Below, one piece after another: positions 47,149-57,364 of a stretch of 64,000 nt of DNA. This DNA is from Candidatus Falkowbacteria bacterium (lineage in GTDB: Bacteria > Patescibacteriota > Patescibacteriia > Patescibacteriales > UBA12465). The position numbers and the translations under genes are program-made. Every line of letters starts with the position of its first letter. Positions within the stretch are counted from its first letter, which is position 1. Under the pieces are notes generated by a model. It was not told where the DNA came from. It searched no databases and saw only the letters and a list, made by a program, of their open reading frames with translations. The stretch covers positions 81,084-145,083 of the forward strand of contig JBAXLJ010000003.1 in NCBI GenBank assembly GCA_037134915.1, in the 5' to 3' direction.

Positions 47149-48792
47149 CTATATTTTCTTCCCTACTTCACTTTTGGCGCGGCGGGGGTGTAACGCTGTG
47201 GCTCCAGAAATAAACAGGCCAGCACTTTTAAGCTCTCGTTGTAAGAACTCAAAAATATAAGGCCGGGATATTTCCGGTTCCAGTTGCATTTCAAGAGCCT
47301 TGATACCGACATACTCTTGGTAGAGTATTAGGCTGCGATCACCAGCTCTTTCCATTCTCTCCCAAATATCGCTTCTCATGTTGAATGAGAGGATACCGGT
47401 TTCGGGATCAAATTCCCAGTGGTGGTCATTCCCCGGCAACTCTTCGTAAACGAATTGTAAACCGGTACTTGACCCTGACACCAAACGACGTTTTTGGCCA
47501 TGAGGACCAGCTACCGTCATTACGATATCTTCTGAGGATTCTTTAGGGACCGAAGAATGACCGCCTTTTTTCTTGGAATATTTTTCCGGCGAGGAAGCCT
47601 TTTTGGATTTATGATCTTGACCCTCTTCTTTGCGCGGTACCGTGATAAAACCTTTTTTAAAGCTTTTAACTACGGCCAATAAATGCGGCAGCTCATTTTT
47701 AATGCTGGACTCCAGCATCGAAATCGCCACCGAACCAACCGCCTGCAACCACTCATCGCGTTGCGAATCCTTCATCGACACCATGGCGGGTTGGGCATAA
47801 TTTTTAGCCCATTCGTCCAAGTGGATAGCCAGATTCATTAAATGATCATCCTCTAAGAATTCTTTGCGGTTTTGATGCAAAGAACACTTATCAGAAACGA
47901 TTAAGCCCTCAAAAGTTCCCGAAGTTAGCATTTGCAGGGTTTCCGGTTTTACATAATCGGCAATTGATTTGGCAAAATCCTTAAAACCGATCCGGAACAA
48001 ATCATTCTTAATCCCGATTGATACTTCACCCTTACGACCAGAGGCCATTTTGGGGGAAATATAAATCTCGAAATAAGTTTGACCAGTAGCTAACTCGCCA
48101 TATATTACTGGCTTCATTTTTTCACCGTGAAATTCCGCGGCTTTAAAGGTCAGCTTTTCAGTTTTACCATCAGCATCCTTAATGCAAATTAATACACTCG
48201 CATTAAGTCTTTTCATGGCTTCTGAAAAACGACCCGAAATGAGGCGTTGCAATTCCACTACTGAAGCGGTTGTAATGCCGCGGTCAGTTTTAAACTCTCG
48301 GATGTTAACCTGAGTGCGCCAGTTATAGACATCCTTGTCTTTCATGGCTTTCCCTGATCTTGAGAAAATAGCTTTATTAAGTTCTGAGTGCGGAATCTCT
48401 GGCAAGTCACCATTTTTAAGAATCCGGTCCGAATTAAAAAACCATTTGTTGTATCCAGAATTTAGCCCTTTAGGAATTGAAGTAATATCAAATTCCTTAC
48501 ACTTTCCCAAAGGTGATAGCATTCCGATGCCAAACTGGCCGAGCTTATCTTTGCCTTTAAGCGAATCGCAAACTTTGCTAATCGCCTCGGAAAATTTGTC
48601 AGTGGAAATACCTTCGCCATCGTCGCGGACTTTGATGTCCCGTTTTTGATGATCAATAATAACGGCGATATCTTTGGCGTTTGAATCCAAAGAATTCTGA
48701 ACCAGTTCGAGCACTACACTCACGATTGTGGGATAGAGGTTAACAATATAACCCAGAGCTTTACCCACATGGATTCCCATTTTGTAATTCAT
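47149..48792 (-). CDS. MORC/paraMORC-like GHKL (Bergerat-fold) ATPase with large uncharacterised C-terminal region
   Basis: N-box ELVQNSLDSNA. G1 box DDGEGI. G2 region LGQFGIGMLSPLGK (the GxFGxG pattern of the HATPase_c_3/MORC type). There is no histidine-kinase H-box or TM helix. It is 547 aa. Confidence 0.6.
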   Translation of the reverse strand: MNYKMGIHVGKALGYIVNLYPTIVSVVLELVQNSLDSNAKDIAVIIDHQKRDIKVRDDGEGISTDKFSEAISKVCDSLKGKDKLGQFGIGMLSPLGKCKEFDITSIPKGLNSGYNKWFFNSDRILKNGDLPEIPHSELNKAIFSRSGKAMKDKDVYNWRTQVNIREFKTDRGITTASVVELQRLISGRFSEAMKRLNASVLICIKDADGKTEKLTFKAAEFHGEKMKPVIYGELATGQTYFEIYISPKMASGRKGEVSIGIKNDLFRIGFKDFAKSIADYVKPETLQMLTSGTFEGLIVSDKCSLHQNRKEFLEDDHLMNLAIHLDEWAKNYAQPAMVSMKDSQRDEWLQAVGSVAISMLESSIKNELPHLLAVVKSFKKGFITVPRKEEGQDHKSKKASSPEKYSKKKGGHSSVPKESSEDIVMTVAGPHGQKRRLVSGSSTGLQFVYEELPGNDHHWEFDPETGILSFNMRSDIWERMERAGDRSLILYQEYVGIKALEMQLEPEISRPYIFEFLQRELKSAGLFISGATALHPRRAKSEVGKKI

Positions 48793-48805
48793 TATTCTGT
48801 TTTTT

Positions 48806-49522
48806 TTATTGGTTTAATTTTTGGTGATAATTCTCTAAGGCTTTTTCGCTGCACAAAGCACCTAATTTTTGACTGATGCGATGAAGTGCGTTAGAAGCGG
48901 CAAATAAAGGAAAGCCGATGCGATTTAAATCGTCGCGCAAAGTAAGACGATATTCTTCAGATGAAGTCGCTAAAAAATCATTCAAGACTTTTTCCAAAGA
49001 ATTAGCATTAGCCGCGGCGGTCAGAATCAGATTAAAAAATAAATTGTAATCAAAATTCATCTCATCAACGATTTTAAGTCCAGCTTCCGGTTGTTGAGTT
49101 TCGGTTTCATCGGTTTTAGCTGCCACAAATTTAGCATTCACAGCTTCAATTAGTTGCTGCGCTTTTTCTGATAACAACCTTGAGCCTCGCAAATTGCGAG
49201 TAAATGAATCTTTGCTGATTCCGGTCATCACAACATAATCTTCAATTGTCGCCCTCTCAGACAACAAGACATAGACTGTGTCACGATTCACCTTCGGTAA
49301 ATCCGAATAACCGTCAACCTTATAACCGGCGCCTTCTAAAAGGGCAGCCGCCTTAAAAAACAGCATAACGTTACCGTTGATGCCTTTTTCTTGGTAATTC
49401 CTGAGCTGCTCATTGCTAATTTGCAATATTTTAGCAGCTCTAGGTTCCTGGCGAGCATATTCCCGCAAACAATCTTTCAGTTCCATATATATAAGTATTA
49501 AATTGTTAAATAACGTGTTCAC
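48806..49522 (-). CDS. Hypothetical protein, upstream operon partner of the GHKL ATPase
   Basis: 238-aa ORF lying 13 bp upstream of the GHKL gene on the same strand. No motif was recognised. Confidence 0.4.
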   Translation of the reverse strand: MNTLFNNLILIYMELKDCLREYARQEPRAAKILQISNEQLRNYQEKGINGNVMLFFKAAALLEGAGYKVDGYSDLPKVNRDTVYVLLSERATIEDYVVMTGISKDSFTRNLRGSRLLSEKAQQLIEAVNAKFVAAKTDETETQQPEAGLKIVDEMNFDYNLFFNLILTAAANANSLEKVLNDFLATSSEEYRLTLRDDLNRIGFPLFAASNALHRISQKLGALCSEKALENYHQKLNQ

Positions 49523-49562
49523 GTAAATATAGCATTTTATTAGATTAATGTCAATACAAAAA

Positions 49563-49593
49563 AGCCCTAATCTGGATTTGCAGGTTAGGGCTT
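49563..49593 (-). terminator. Putative intrinsic terminator after the 376-aa membrane-anchored protein
   Basis: Imperfect hairpin agccctaatctgga / tgcaggttagggct. On the minus strand it is followed by tttttt. Confidence 0.35.
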
Positions 49594-49605
49594 TATTTTC
49601 AAAAG

Positions 49606-50736
49606 TTAATAAGAAAAATCATCCATTAAATCTCCGGAATAATAGAATTCATAAGCTAAAGAGCCAAAAACATAGGTATCTTGACCAATGCTGATTTGTG
49701 AGCCGCCAACTTCAGGATTAGCCTTAGGGTGAGAATTTTGGACCCCAATATTAAAGAGGGTGGCTAAAATCTCGGGGCGATCGGAAATATTATAGCCCGC
49801 CTTTTGCCACTGCGAGGTGATTTGTTTAATAATAACGCCGCCATAAAGATAAGAAAAATAGTGATTTTTTTCATCGGTCAGCCTGGCATATCTTTCGGTC
49901 ACCGGATTATTGCTACTAAAATCTAATAACTTTTCATAATTTGCTCCTAAATAGAAATCTGAGTTTTTATTTTTCAAATTTTGCTCAGCTAAAATCGCGG
50001 CCGCCTCCTTAATTGACATCACCCCCCAGGCCATCTTATTAGCACTGGCTAAAATTTTCAGGGGCTTAAAAACCCGCTCAAACAATTCTCGTTGCGTATA
50101 ATAAAGACGAAGTTGTTCCACAATCGCGACCGATAAGAGTAGGCGCGGCGAAATATTTAATTCCTGCCCTACCCGGTTCAAAGAATCTTTATCTTTAATC
50201 ACGGCTTGGCGAATAATCTGCCAAGGTTCTTCGGTTTGCCACAAAAAAACATTAGCATCTTTGGGATTACTCAAACGCTGATTTAGCCAGTCCAGACTTA
50301 TTTCCGGAGCCTTATCCTGAGAACAGAAAGATAGGCGACTGCCTAATTCCGGCTTATCTTGAAGTCTTAGTTCTAAAGCTAAAATCATTTTTTCAGCCAG
50401 TTCGTAAGACTTATTTTTTTGGTAAGCCGTTAAGATAGTTTTAGCGTTGTAATCTGCATAATCCGACAATATATATAACTTACAATAAACTTTAGCTTCA
50501 TTGATTTTAGCCACATCACGGCTGCCTGGCAAAAAAGACATAATCTGGCGACTCGCCGTTAAACTGTTTTCTAAAGAATTATAAATACCGGTATTTTCAT
50601 CCACATCACCCGCTGTTTTAGTTAAGTTAAAATATACCGCTAAAAAACCAGTTATAAGCAAAACCAAAAAGGCTAGAGCTAAGGCACTAATTATTTTTAA
50701 AACAATTATAAGAATTTTTTTAGCTACTTTACTCAT
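49606..50736 (-). CDS. Hypothetical membrane-anchored protein
   Basis: N-terminal TM (ILIIVLKIISALALAFLVLLITGFLAVYF). It has a roughly 340-aa extracytoplasmic domain. No motif was recognised. Confidence 0.4.
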   Translation of the reverse strand: MSKVAKKILIIVLKIISALALAFLVLLITGFLAVYFNLTKTAGDVDENTGIYNSLENSLTASRQIMSFLPGSRDVAKINEAKVYCKLYILSDYADYNAKTILTAYQKNKSYELAEKMILALELRLQDKPELGSRLSFCSQDKAPEISLDWLNQRLSNPKDANVFLWQTEEPWQIIRQAVIKDKDSLNRVGQELNISPRLLLSVAIVEQLRLYYTQRELFERVFKPLKILASANKMAWGVMSIKEAAAILAEQNLKNKNSDFYLGANYEKLLDFSSNNPVTERYARLTDEKNHYFSYLYGGVIIKQITSQWQKAGYNISDRPEILATLFNIGVQNSHPKANPEVGGSQISIGQDTYVFGSLAYEFYYSGDLMDDFSY

Positions 50737-50855
50737 CTTTAAATTATAGTAAAAAATTGATTTTTTAACTAATTATAAAAATCATTTTTTGTTTATCAAA
50801 AATTCAGGTGTCTTATCCTATAATTTAAGTAATCTAAATTACTTAATAAAAATCT

Positions 50856-51530
50856 ATGAAAATCTTAATCATTGAAGATGAAACTTCAATCGCTAATTTT
50901 ATTAAAGCTAGTCTAGAAAGCCAGCTTTATATTGTTGATTTAGCTTGCGAAGGCGAACGTGGCGCTTTTTTAGGTCGCACCAATAATTACGACCTAATTA
51001 TTCTAGATTATTTACTACCCAAGAAAAATGGACTTGAAGTCGTCAAGGAAATTCGTCGCGACAAAAGCACGCCGATTATTATGCTAACGGTTTGTGGCGA
51101 ATTTGATTGTAAAGCCCAAGCTTATAGTTATGGCGTGGATGATTTTTTAACTAAGCCATTTTTACTAGAAGAGTTATTTTTAAGAATTAAAGCCTTGCTG
51201 CGCCGACCGCCTAATATTGCGGCCGAAATACTACGAGTCGAAAATCTGTCAATTGATTTGAATCGGCAACTTGTTAGACGCCAGGGGCGGATAATTAATT
51301 TAACCCGAAAAGAATATGCTATTTTAGAATACTTAATGCGTCATCGCGGCGAAATAAAATCTCGAGAAACAATTATTGAAGGCGTTTGGGATATAAATTC
51401 TGATCCGTTCTCTAATACTTTAGATACCCACATCGTCAATCTGCGCCACAAACTAAAACAAAAAGATGAATGCGAATTGATTCACACTTTTCCCGGTCGT
51501 GGTTATAAGCTAGACATTCGAAAATTTTAA
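50856..51530 (+). CDS. OmpR-family winged-helix response regulator (orphan)
   Basis: The receiver has phospho-acceptor Asp in LIILDYLLP. The C-terminal winged HTH is LTRKEYAILEYLMRH...GRGYKL. No histidine kinase is adjacent. Confidence 0.85.
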   Translation: MKILIIEDETSIANFIKASLESQLYIVDLACEGERGAFLGRTNNYDLIILDYLLPKKNGLEVVKEIRRDKSTPIIMLTVCGEFDCKAQAYSYGVDDFLTKPFLLEELFLRIKALLRRPPNIAAEILRVENLSIDLNRQLVRRQGRIINLTRKEYAILEYLMRHRGEIKSRETIIEGVWDINSDPFSNTLDTHIVNLRHKLKQKDECELIHTFPGRGYKLDIRKF

Positions 51531-53042
51531 CATTTCTTCGATTTGGGTGCGGTTATTAGAGAGCCGCGGCACTTTATGTTGGCCGCCTAATTTATTTTTA
51601 TTAGCCAACCAATCATAAAATAGACCAGGGCGAGCGACCACAATATCTGGGGCCAGTAGCGTAAGGTCTTTATAGCGCTTCGCCTCGTAATCAGAGTTTA
51701 AACTCTTTAGCGCTTCATCTAAAGACTTATTAAAATGTGCTAAATCATCGGGCTCGTGTTCAAACTCAATCAGCCACTCGTGCCGACCTTTTTCAGTCTC
51801 GGTCATAAAAACAGGCGCCGCACTAAATTCTTTAACCAAGGCTCCAGTGCGCTCACTGGCAATCGCAATCGCTTGGTCAGCATTATCAACCATTAGCTCC
51901 TCCCCAAAAACATTGATAAAGTGCTTCGTCCGACCGGAAATTTTAAAATAATAAGGTTTTAAATTGGTAAACTGAATCGTATCGCCAATAATATAACGCC
52001 ACAAGCCACCACTGGTCGAAATTATTAAAGCGTAGTTACGATCCAACTCGACTTCAGAAATTGTGTAAGCTTGTGGCTGATCTTTTTCTAGTTCTTCGAG
52101 AGGAACAAATTCGTAAAACACTCCATAGTCCAGCATCAAGAGCATATCATCGCGGCTACTATCGCAGCCAATACCAAAAAAACCCTCGGAAGCGTTATAG
52201 ATATTAACGTAGTTCATATTGGGGCCGCAAATTTTTTTATACTGACTCTGGTAAGGACCAAAAGCCACACCGCCGTGCATAAATAATTCTAAATTAGGCC
52301 AAAGATCCCGGATACTTGAAACACCACTTTCACTAATAAGTTTGCGAAGCAGCACCAACATCCAGGACGGCACACCGGCTAAAGCAACCACGTTTTCCGA
52401 CTTTGTGGTTCTAATAATTTCTTTTAACTTTGACTCCCACTCATCCATCAAGGCGACTGGTAATTCCGGGGTGCGGCCAAATTCGGCCCAGAAAGGTAAA
52501 TTATCCATTAAAATAGCGGACAGATCACCACAATAATTATCACTATTTAATTCATCTTCACGTTTTGAACCGCCTAAACTCAAAGTCTTGCCAGTAAATA
52601 ATTTAGTTTCCGGATGTCTATCGACATAAAGCGCAATAGTATCTTTCCCTCCTTGATAATGACACTCCTCTAAAGAATCTTCGGTAACGGGAATAAATTT
52701 ACTTTTATCATTAGTTGTTCCAGAGGACTTAGCAAACCATTTAACTGTCCCCGGCCATAGCACACCTATTTCTCCCTGACGCGACCGGTCTATCCAAGGC
52801 TTTAAATCATCATATGAAGATAAAGGGACTTGCAATCTAAAAAGACGAAGTGCTGCCGCCAAATCTTTAGTAGAATTTATGTCTTTAAAATTATGAGTTT
52901 TTCCCCAATCAGTGTCGGCAGCCTTATCAACTAAATAACGGAACATTTCCGCTTGCACCTCTTCTGGATATTTTTTGAACAATTCAATGTCTGATAGACG
53001 CCGGATAAATGGAAAAGAAAGAATGGAATTAAGTAGTGACAT
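51510..53042 (-). CDS. GH3-family (ANL-superfamily) acyl-acid amido synthetase-like protein
   Basis: FAKSSGTTNDKSKFIPVT matches the GH3 SSGTSxGxxK AMP-binding motif. YIIGD is the YRxGD equivalent. It is 510 aa. Confidence 0.65.
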   Translation of the reverse strand: MSLLNSILSFPFIRRLSDIELFKKYPEEVQAEMFRYLVDKAADTDWGKTHNFKDINSTKDLAAALRLFRLQVPLSSYDDLKPWIDRSRQGEIGVLWPGTVKWFAKSSGTTNDKSKFIPVTEDSLEECHYQGGKDTIALYVDRHPETKLFTGKTLSLGGSKREDELNSDNYCGDLSAILMDNLPFWAEFGRTPELPVALMDEWESKLKEIIRTTKSENVVALAGVPSWMLVLLRKLISESGVSSIRDLWPNLELFMHGGVAFGPYQSQYKKICGPNMNYVNIYNASEGFFGIGCDSSRDDMLLMLDYGVFYEFVPLEELEKDQPQAYTISEVELDRNYALIISTSGGLWRYIIGDTIQFTNLKPYYFKISGRTKHFINVFGEELMVDNADQAIAIASERTGALVKEFSAAPVFMTETEKGRHEWLIEFEHEPDDLAHFNKSLDEALKSLNSDYEAKRYKDLTLLAPDIVVARPGLFYDWLANKNKLGGQHKVPRLSNNRTQIEEMLKFSNV

Positions 53043-53122
53043 AGATTTAAATAATTAAAAATGCTTTATTAGCGTAGCACACTTGTCTAAATCTTAAAAT
53101 ATCCATATTATTAGAGATAACT

Positions 53123-54865
53123 ATGTCACCACTGCTTCAAGTCAACAATCTAGAGAAAGAATACGGCGGGAAAATAATTTTTTCTGGCCTCTCTTTTAGT
53201 ATTTTTGAAAAGCAAAAAATCGGTGTTATTGGGCGTAATGGTGCCGGCAAGTCGACGCTGTTCAAAATTATTTTAGGCAAAGAAACGGCGGACAAAGGTG
53301 AAATAATTATCGGCCGTGAAACGATTATCGGCAGCATTGAACAAGAAAGTGATTTTTTACCTCAGGAGTTAGCGATTGATTACTTAAAACGCAAGAGTGG
53401 TCAAGAAGATTGGCAATGTCAAAAAATTGCCAGCCAGTTTAGATTCGACAGCGAACAGTTAAATAAAACCGCCGCCGAACTCTCTGGCGGCTGGCAAATG
53501 CGTTTAAAACTTTCCGCTATGTTACTACTGGAACCGACTCTCTTTTTGCTCGATGAGCCGACCAACTATTTAGACCTAGGAACCATTCTTTTGCTTGAGG
53601 ATTTTTTAAAAAGCTACCGCGGTGCTTTTTTAATTATTTCTCATGACCGCGAATTTTTAAAAAATACCTGCACCGAAACTATTGAAATTACTTCTCACCG
53701 CTGTATTTCTTTTCCTCAAGGCATTGAGGCTTACTTAGCCTTTAAAGAACAACGGCTAACTAGTGATCAAAATCTTAATAAGAAAATTGACCGCGAACAA
53801 AAACACTTACAGAAATTTGTAGATCGTTTTCGCTATAAAGATTCCAAAGCGAAACAAGCCCAGGCTTTTATCAAAAAGATTGACCGCATGGAGATCCATA
53901 AAATAAGCATTGAACATAATTCCAGTTCCGTGAGAATCACCATGCCGCTGGTTGAAAAATTAAAAAAGACGATTTTAAATGTGGATAATTTAAGCATCGG
54001 CTATAATGGCAAAAGCATCGTCAGTGATTTGGATTTTATTGTTAAAGGCGGTGAAAGAATTATTGTCGTCGGTGATAATGGCCAAGGTAAAACTACTTTA
54101 CTTAGAACCTTAACTGAAGAGATTATGCCGATATCTGGAGGCTTTTCTTGGTTTACGGGTTTAAAAAAGGGTTACTACGGGCAGCAATCGACTTTGATTT
54201 TAAACCAAGACGAACAGGTGGGCGAATATTTAAGACGACTCGCGAGCAGTGACTTAAAAACTGAAAAAGTCTTACAAATGGCCGGCGATTTTCTATTTCG
54301 CGACGAAGATCTAAAAAAATCTTTAGGCGTTTTAAGCGGCGGTGAAAAATCACGTCTAGTTTTAGCCGGGCTACTTCTTAGCAAACCAGACATTTTAATC
54401 CTTGATGAACCGAGTAATCATTTAGACTTTGAGACGGTTGAATCTCTGGGTTCAGCTTTGCAAGATTACAACGGCGTGTTGTTATTTACCAGCCATGATC
54501 GCACCTTTGCTAATTTAGTGGCCACGGGAATTATTGAAGTAAACAATGGCAAGTCTAAGCGTTACTATCATGGTTATGAAGATTATATCAACCAGTTAGA
54601 AAAAAGATTAGCGATCAGTTCCCTGTTAAAAGATTTTGTACAAACTGATAAACCAAAGCCAATATATCACGAGAACAAGGAAAGACAGAAAAAATTAAAG
54701 AGTTTGGAAAATAAGTTGCTTAAATTACAAGCCGAACGCGCCGCCATTTTCCAACATTTTACTGATAATCCTATTAATTATGATAATAAAAAAATAGCCG
54801 AACTCGAAGATATTAAACAAAAAATTGAGGAGGCCGAGGCTAGTTGGTTGGAGCTAGCGGAATAA
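53123..54865 (+). CDS. ABC-F family ATPase (two tandem ABC domains, no TM)
   Basis: Two Walker A motifs (GRNGAGKST and GDNGQGKTT). Two signature motifs (LSGGWQM and LSGGEKS). There is an inter-domain linker and a C-terminal coiled-coil arm. Confidence 0.85.
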   Translation: MSPLLQVNNLEKEYGGKIIFSGLSFSIFEKQKIGVIGRNGAGKSTLFKIILGKETADKGEIIIGRETIIGSIEQESDFLPQELAIDYLKRKSGQEDWQCQKIASQFRFDSEQLNKTAAELSGGWQMRLKLSAMLLLEPTLFLLDEPTNYLDLGTILLLEDFLKSYRGAFLIISHDREFLKNTCTETIEITSHRCISFPQGIEAYLAFKEQRLTSDQNLNKKIDREQKHLQKFVDRFRYKDSKAKQAQAFIKKIDRMEIHKISIEHNSSSVRITMPLVEKLKKTILNVDNLSIGYNGKSIVSDLDFIVKGGERIIVVGDNGQGKTTLLRTLTEEIMPISGGFSWFTGLKKGYYGQQSTLILNQDEQVGEYLRRLASSDLKTEKVLQMAGDFLFRDEDLKKSLGVLSGGEKSRLVLAGLLLSKPDILILDEPSNHLDFETVESLGSALQDYNGVLLFTSHDRTFANLVATGIIEVNNGKSKRYYHGYEDYINQLEKRLAISSLLKDFVQTDKPKPIYHENKERQKKLKSLENKLLKLQAERAAIFQHFTDNPINYDNKKIAELEDIKQKIEEAEASWLELAE

Positions 54866-54878
54866 AAAAGACTCTATT

Positions 54879-56066
54879 TTATTTAGAGTCTTTTTTAAAA
54901 AATTTTTTATTCTTTAATTCTTTAGGCAGATACTCCTGGCCACTTGAATCTTCTAGTGGCGTGTATTTATAACCTTTACCATAGTTTAAATCTTTCATCA
55001 GTTTAGTTGGGGCGTTTCTAATATGTAGCGGTACCGGTAAGTTGCCGCTTTTAGCAATTTCGGCTTTAACTAATTCATAAGCCTGATAGGCTGCAATATT
55101 TTTAGTTGATTTAGCCAGATAAGCCACACAATGAGCCAAAGTTACGCCGCATTCCGGTAAACCGATTTTGTGGCAGGCGTCATAAGTGGCATTAGCCAGG
55201 AGCAACGCCGAATTATTGGCTAGACCGATATCCTCAGAGGCAAAACGAATTAAACGGCGAGCGATATATAACGGATCTTCGCCAGCTTCAAGCATCCGCA
55301 CCATCCAATAAATAGCCGCGTTAGCATCCCCGCCCCGCATCGATTTATGCAGGGCGGAAATAATATTATAATGTTCCTCGCCATTTTTGTCATAAAGCAA
55401 ATTAGGTTTATTAATTATTTGCTTAACTAATTCAAGGGTAATGGCCCGGCCGTCGGCACCAGCGCTTTCTAAAATATTTAAAGCTTTCCTAGCGTCGCCG
55501 TTAGCCACGCGAGCGATAAAATTCCAAACCTCTTTCTTAGCCTTAAAGCCCAAAAACTTAGCCGCTCGGCTAACGACTAAACTTAAATTAACTTCTGATA
55601 AGGCTTCTAAAACCACGACTTTAACTCGAGACAGTAAAGCGCCGTTAACAGCAAAACTAGGATTTTCGGTGGTGGCGCCAATTAAAGTGATGGTTCCATT
55701 TTCCACTTGCGGTAGCAGGGCATCTTGCTGAGCTTTATTCCAACGATGAATTTCATCAATAAATAAAATTGTTTTAGTGCCTAAGCGTTTGGACTGACGC
55801 GCTCGCTCCACAATTGAGACTAAATCTTTTTTGCCGCTTTCTGTGGCCGAAATTTGAATAAACTCCGCTTTAGTTTCTTTAGCAATAATAAGAGCCAGGG
55901 TCGTCTTACCGCTACCTGGCGGACCCCAGAATAAAAGAGATGGCACCTGGTCACTATAAATAGCTTTATAAAGCCAAGACTCTGGGCCGATAATTTGTTC
56001 CTGACCGACAAAATCCGCCAAAGTCTTAGGGCGGAAAAAAGCAGCCAAAGGTAAGTTATTTTCCAT
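54879..56066 (-). CDS. rarA: Replication-associated recombination protein A (AAA+ ATPase)
   Basis: LFWGPPGSGKTTLA is the Walker A. DEIHRWNKAQQD is Walker B plus sensor. The C-terminus is MgsA-like. Confidence 0.9.
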   Translation of the reverse strand: MENNLPLAAFFRPKTLADFVGQEQIIGPESWLYKAIYSDQVPSLLFWGPPGSGKTTLALIIAKETKAEFIQISATESGKKDLVSIVERARQSKRLGTKTILFIDEIHRWNKAQQDALLPQVENGTITLIGATTENPSFAVNGALLSRVKVVVLEALSEVNLSLVVSRAAKFLGFKAKKEVWNFIARVANGDARKALNILESAGADGRAITLELVKQIINKPNLLYDKNGEEHYNIISALHKSMRGGDANAAIYWMVRMLEAGEDPLYIARRLIRFASEDIGLANNSALLLANATYDACHKIGLPECGVTLAHCVAYLAKSTKNIAAYQAYELVKAEIAKSGNLPVPLHIRNAPTKLMKDLNYGKGYKYTPLEDSSGQEYLPKELKNKKFFKKDSK

Positions 56067-56113
56067 ATAAATATTCTATAACTTTCCTTATAATTTGTAT
56101 ATAAATAGGTTTT

Positions 56114-56623
56114 TTACCACCTTTTAATTGGGTGGTTTTTTCGATGCCTCGCAACTCTGGCAATCGTTGGGATTAGTGAAATTAAAAACAAGAAAAACAA
56201 AACTGGCAGCGCCCAGATTAAAATCCGATCACGACCCAGCAGCATTAAACCGCCGACCACTTGTAAAGAAAAGAAAAAGGCTAAAGATAATTCCTTAGCT
56301 TTATGCCATTGCTCTTTAAGCGCAGCACTTTCTTGATGATTGATCTTAAAGTAAGGAAAAAAGAGAAACATCATATAGACCGCTGCTAAAGCCATTGGCC
56401 AGAGGTAAGCTAACATAGTCCAGGAAATAGACTGATCAGGCTCACCAGCTTCCGTCCAGCTTAAAATTAAATCGTGCGGCAAATAAGAACTGAAGTAAAA
56501 AGCGGCCAAGAGTGATAACATAATTGTTAAAATGGGAAACCACTCAGTTTTGAAATTTGGTTCTGTCGGATTTTTCATAAATTTAATAAATTTATTATAT
56601 ATTGCCTTATTTAAGATTATCAA
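56114..56623 (-). CDS. Hypothetical polytopic membrane protein
   Basis: 169 aa with four or five hydrophobic segments. Confidence 0.35.
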   Translation of the reverse strand: MIILNKAIYNKFIKFMKNPTEPNFKTEWFPILTIMLSLLAAFYFSSYLPHDLILSWTEAGEPDQSISWTMLAYLWPMALAAVYMMFLFFPYFKINHQESAALKEQWHKAKELSLAFFFSLQVVGGLMLLGRDRILIWALPVLFFLFLISLIPTIARVARHRKNHPIKRW

Positions 56624-56680
56624 TTATCTCTTAATTTGTAAATTAAATATTTTAAAAAAGGCCGTTAGTTCTAACGGCCT

Positions 56681-57364
56681 TTACTTCCTTTTAAAATTTA
56701 AAACTATCTTCGGCATCCCTACCTCAACTCTAATTTTTTTCATGTTAGAAAAAAAGCGGTCAGAAAAATCAATCTGAGTCATAATTTTTTCAACCAGGTC
56801 CCAATGCGACTTTAAACCATCGTTAAAAAAAATAAGGTCCGCTTTTAGCGATTCATGATACTTAGGCCTAATTACCGGCCTAAACATATTAGTGGCTGAA
56901 AAAATTCTAATCTTGGCTTTTCTAGGAGCCGCAATTTTTAATTTTTCTTGAAAATCAATAGCCTTAAACGGTCCTAAAAATCTATACTCAATGACCAGGG
57001 GAATCTTAATGCTGGTTGAACTATTCATTTCAACAAGCAGTTCCGTTTCAACCAACTTAACTTCACCACCTTTAATCTTTTTAATCCAGCCATTAGGTAA
57101 TTTAATAATTGATAATGGCGGTTTACCCCAAATTGGCTTTTCATAAATAACAACCCGATTATTTTTGTAATGCAGCAAAATTAGTTCTGTATCCTGGGGC
57201 GCTAAAATTGTTACCTCCAACTTAATTACCATCCAGACCGCAATCGAAGCCGCAAGATACGCGACCAAAACAATGACCACCACCGCTAAAATTTCTTCCC
57301 ACTGATGAGCGCCAATAGTTAGCCCCATTAAAGAGGCAAATATGATAAACTTTTTCGTGTTCAT
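56681..57364 (-). CDS. Hypothetical membrane-anchored protein
   Basis: Two N-terminal TM segments followed by a beta-rich soluble domain. No motif was recognised. Confidence 0.35.
   Translation of the reverse strand: MNTKKFIIFASLMGLTIGAHQWEEILAVVVIVLVAYLAASIAVWMVIKLEVTILAPQDTELILLHYKNNRVVIYEKPIWGKPPLSIIKLPNGWIKKIKGGEVKLVETELLVEMNSSTSIKIPLVIEYRFLGPFKAIDFQEKLKIAAPRKAKIRIFSATNMFRPVIRPKYHESLKADLIFFNDGLKSHWDLVEKIMTQIDFSDRFFSNMKKIRVEVGMPKIVLNFKRK

Noticed and set aside
47149-48792. GHKL protein as a sensor histidine kinase or MutL
   Set aside because: There is no H-box/DHp region or TM helix upstream, and no MutL C-terminal dimerisation or endonuclease motifs. The GxFGxGxxS pattern fits the MORC/HATPase_c_3 type.
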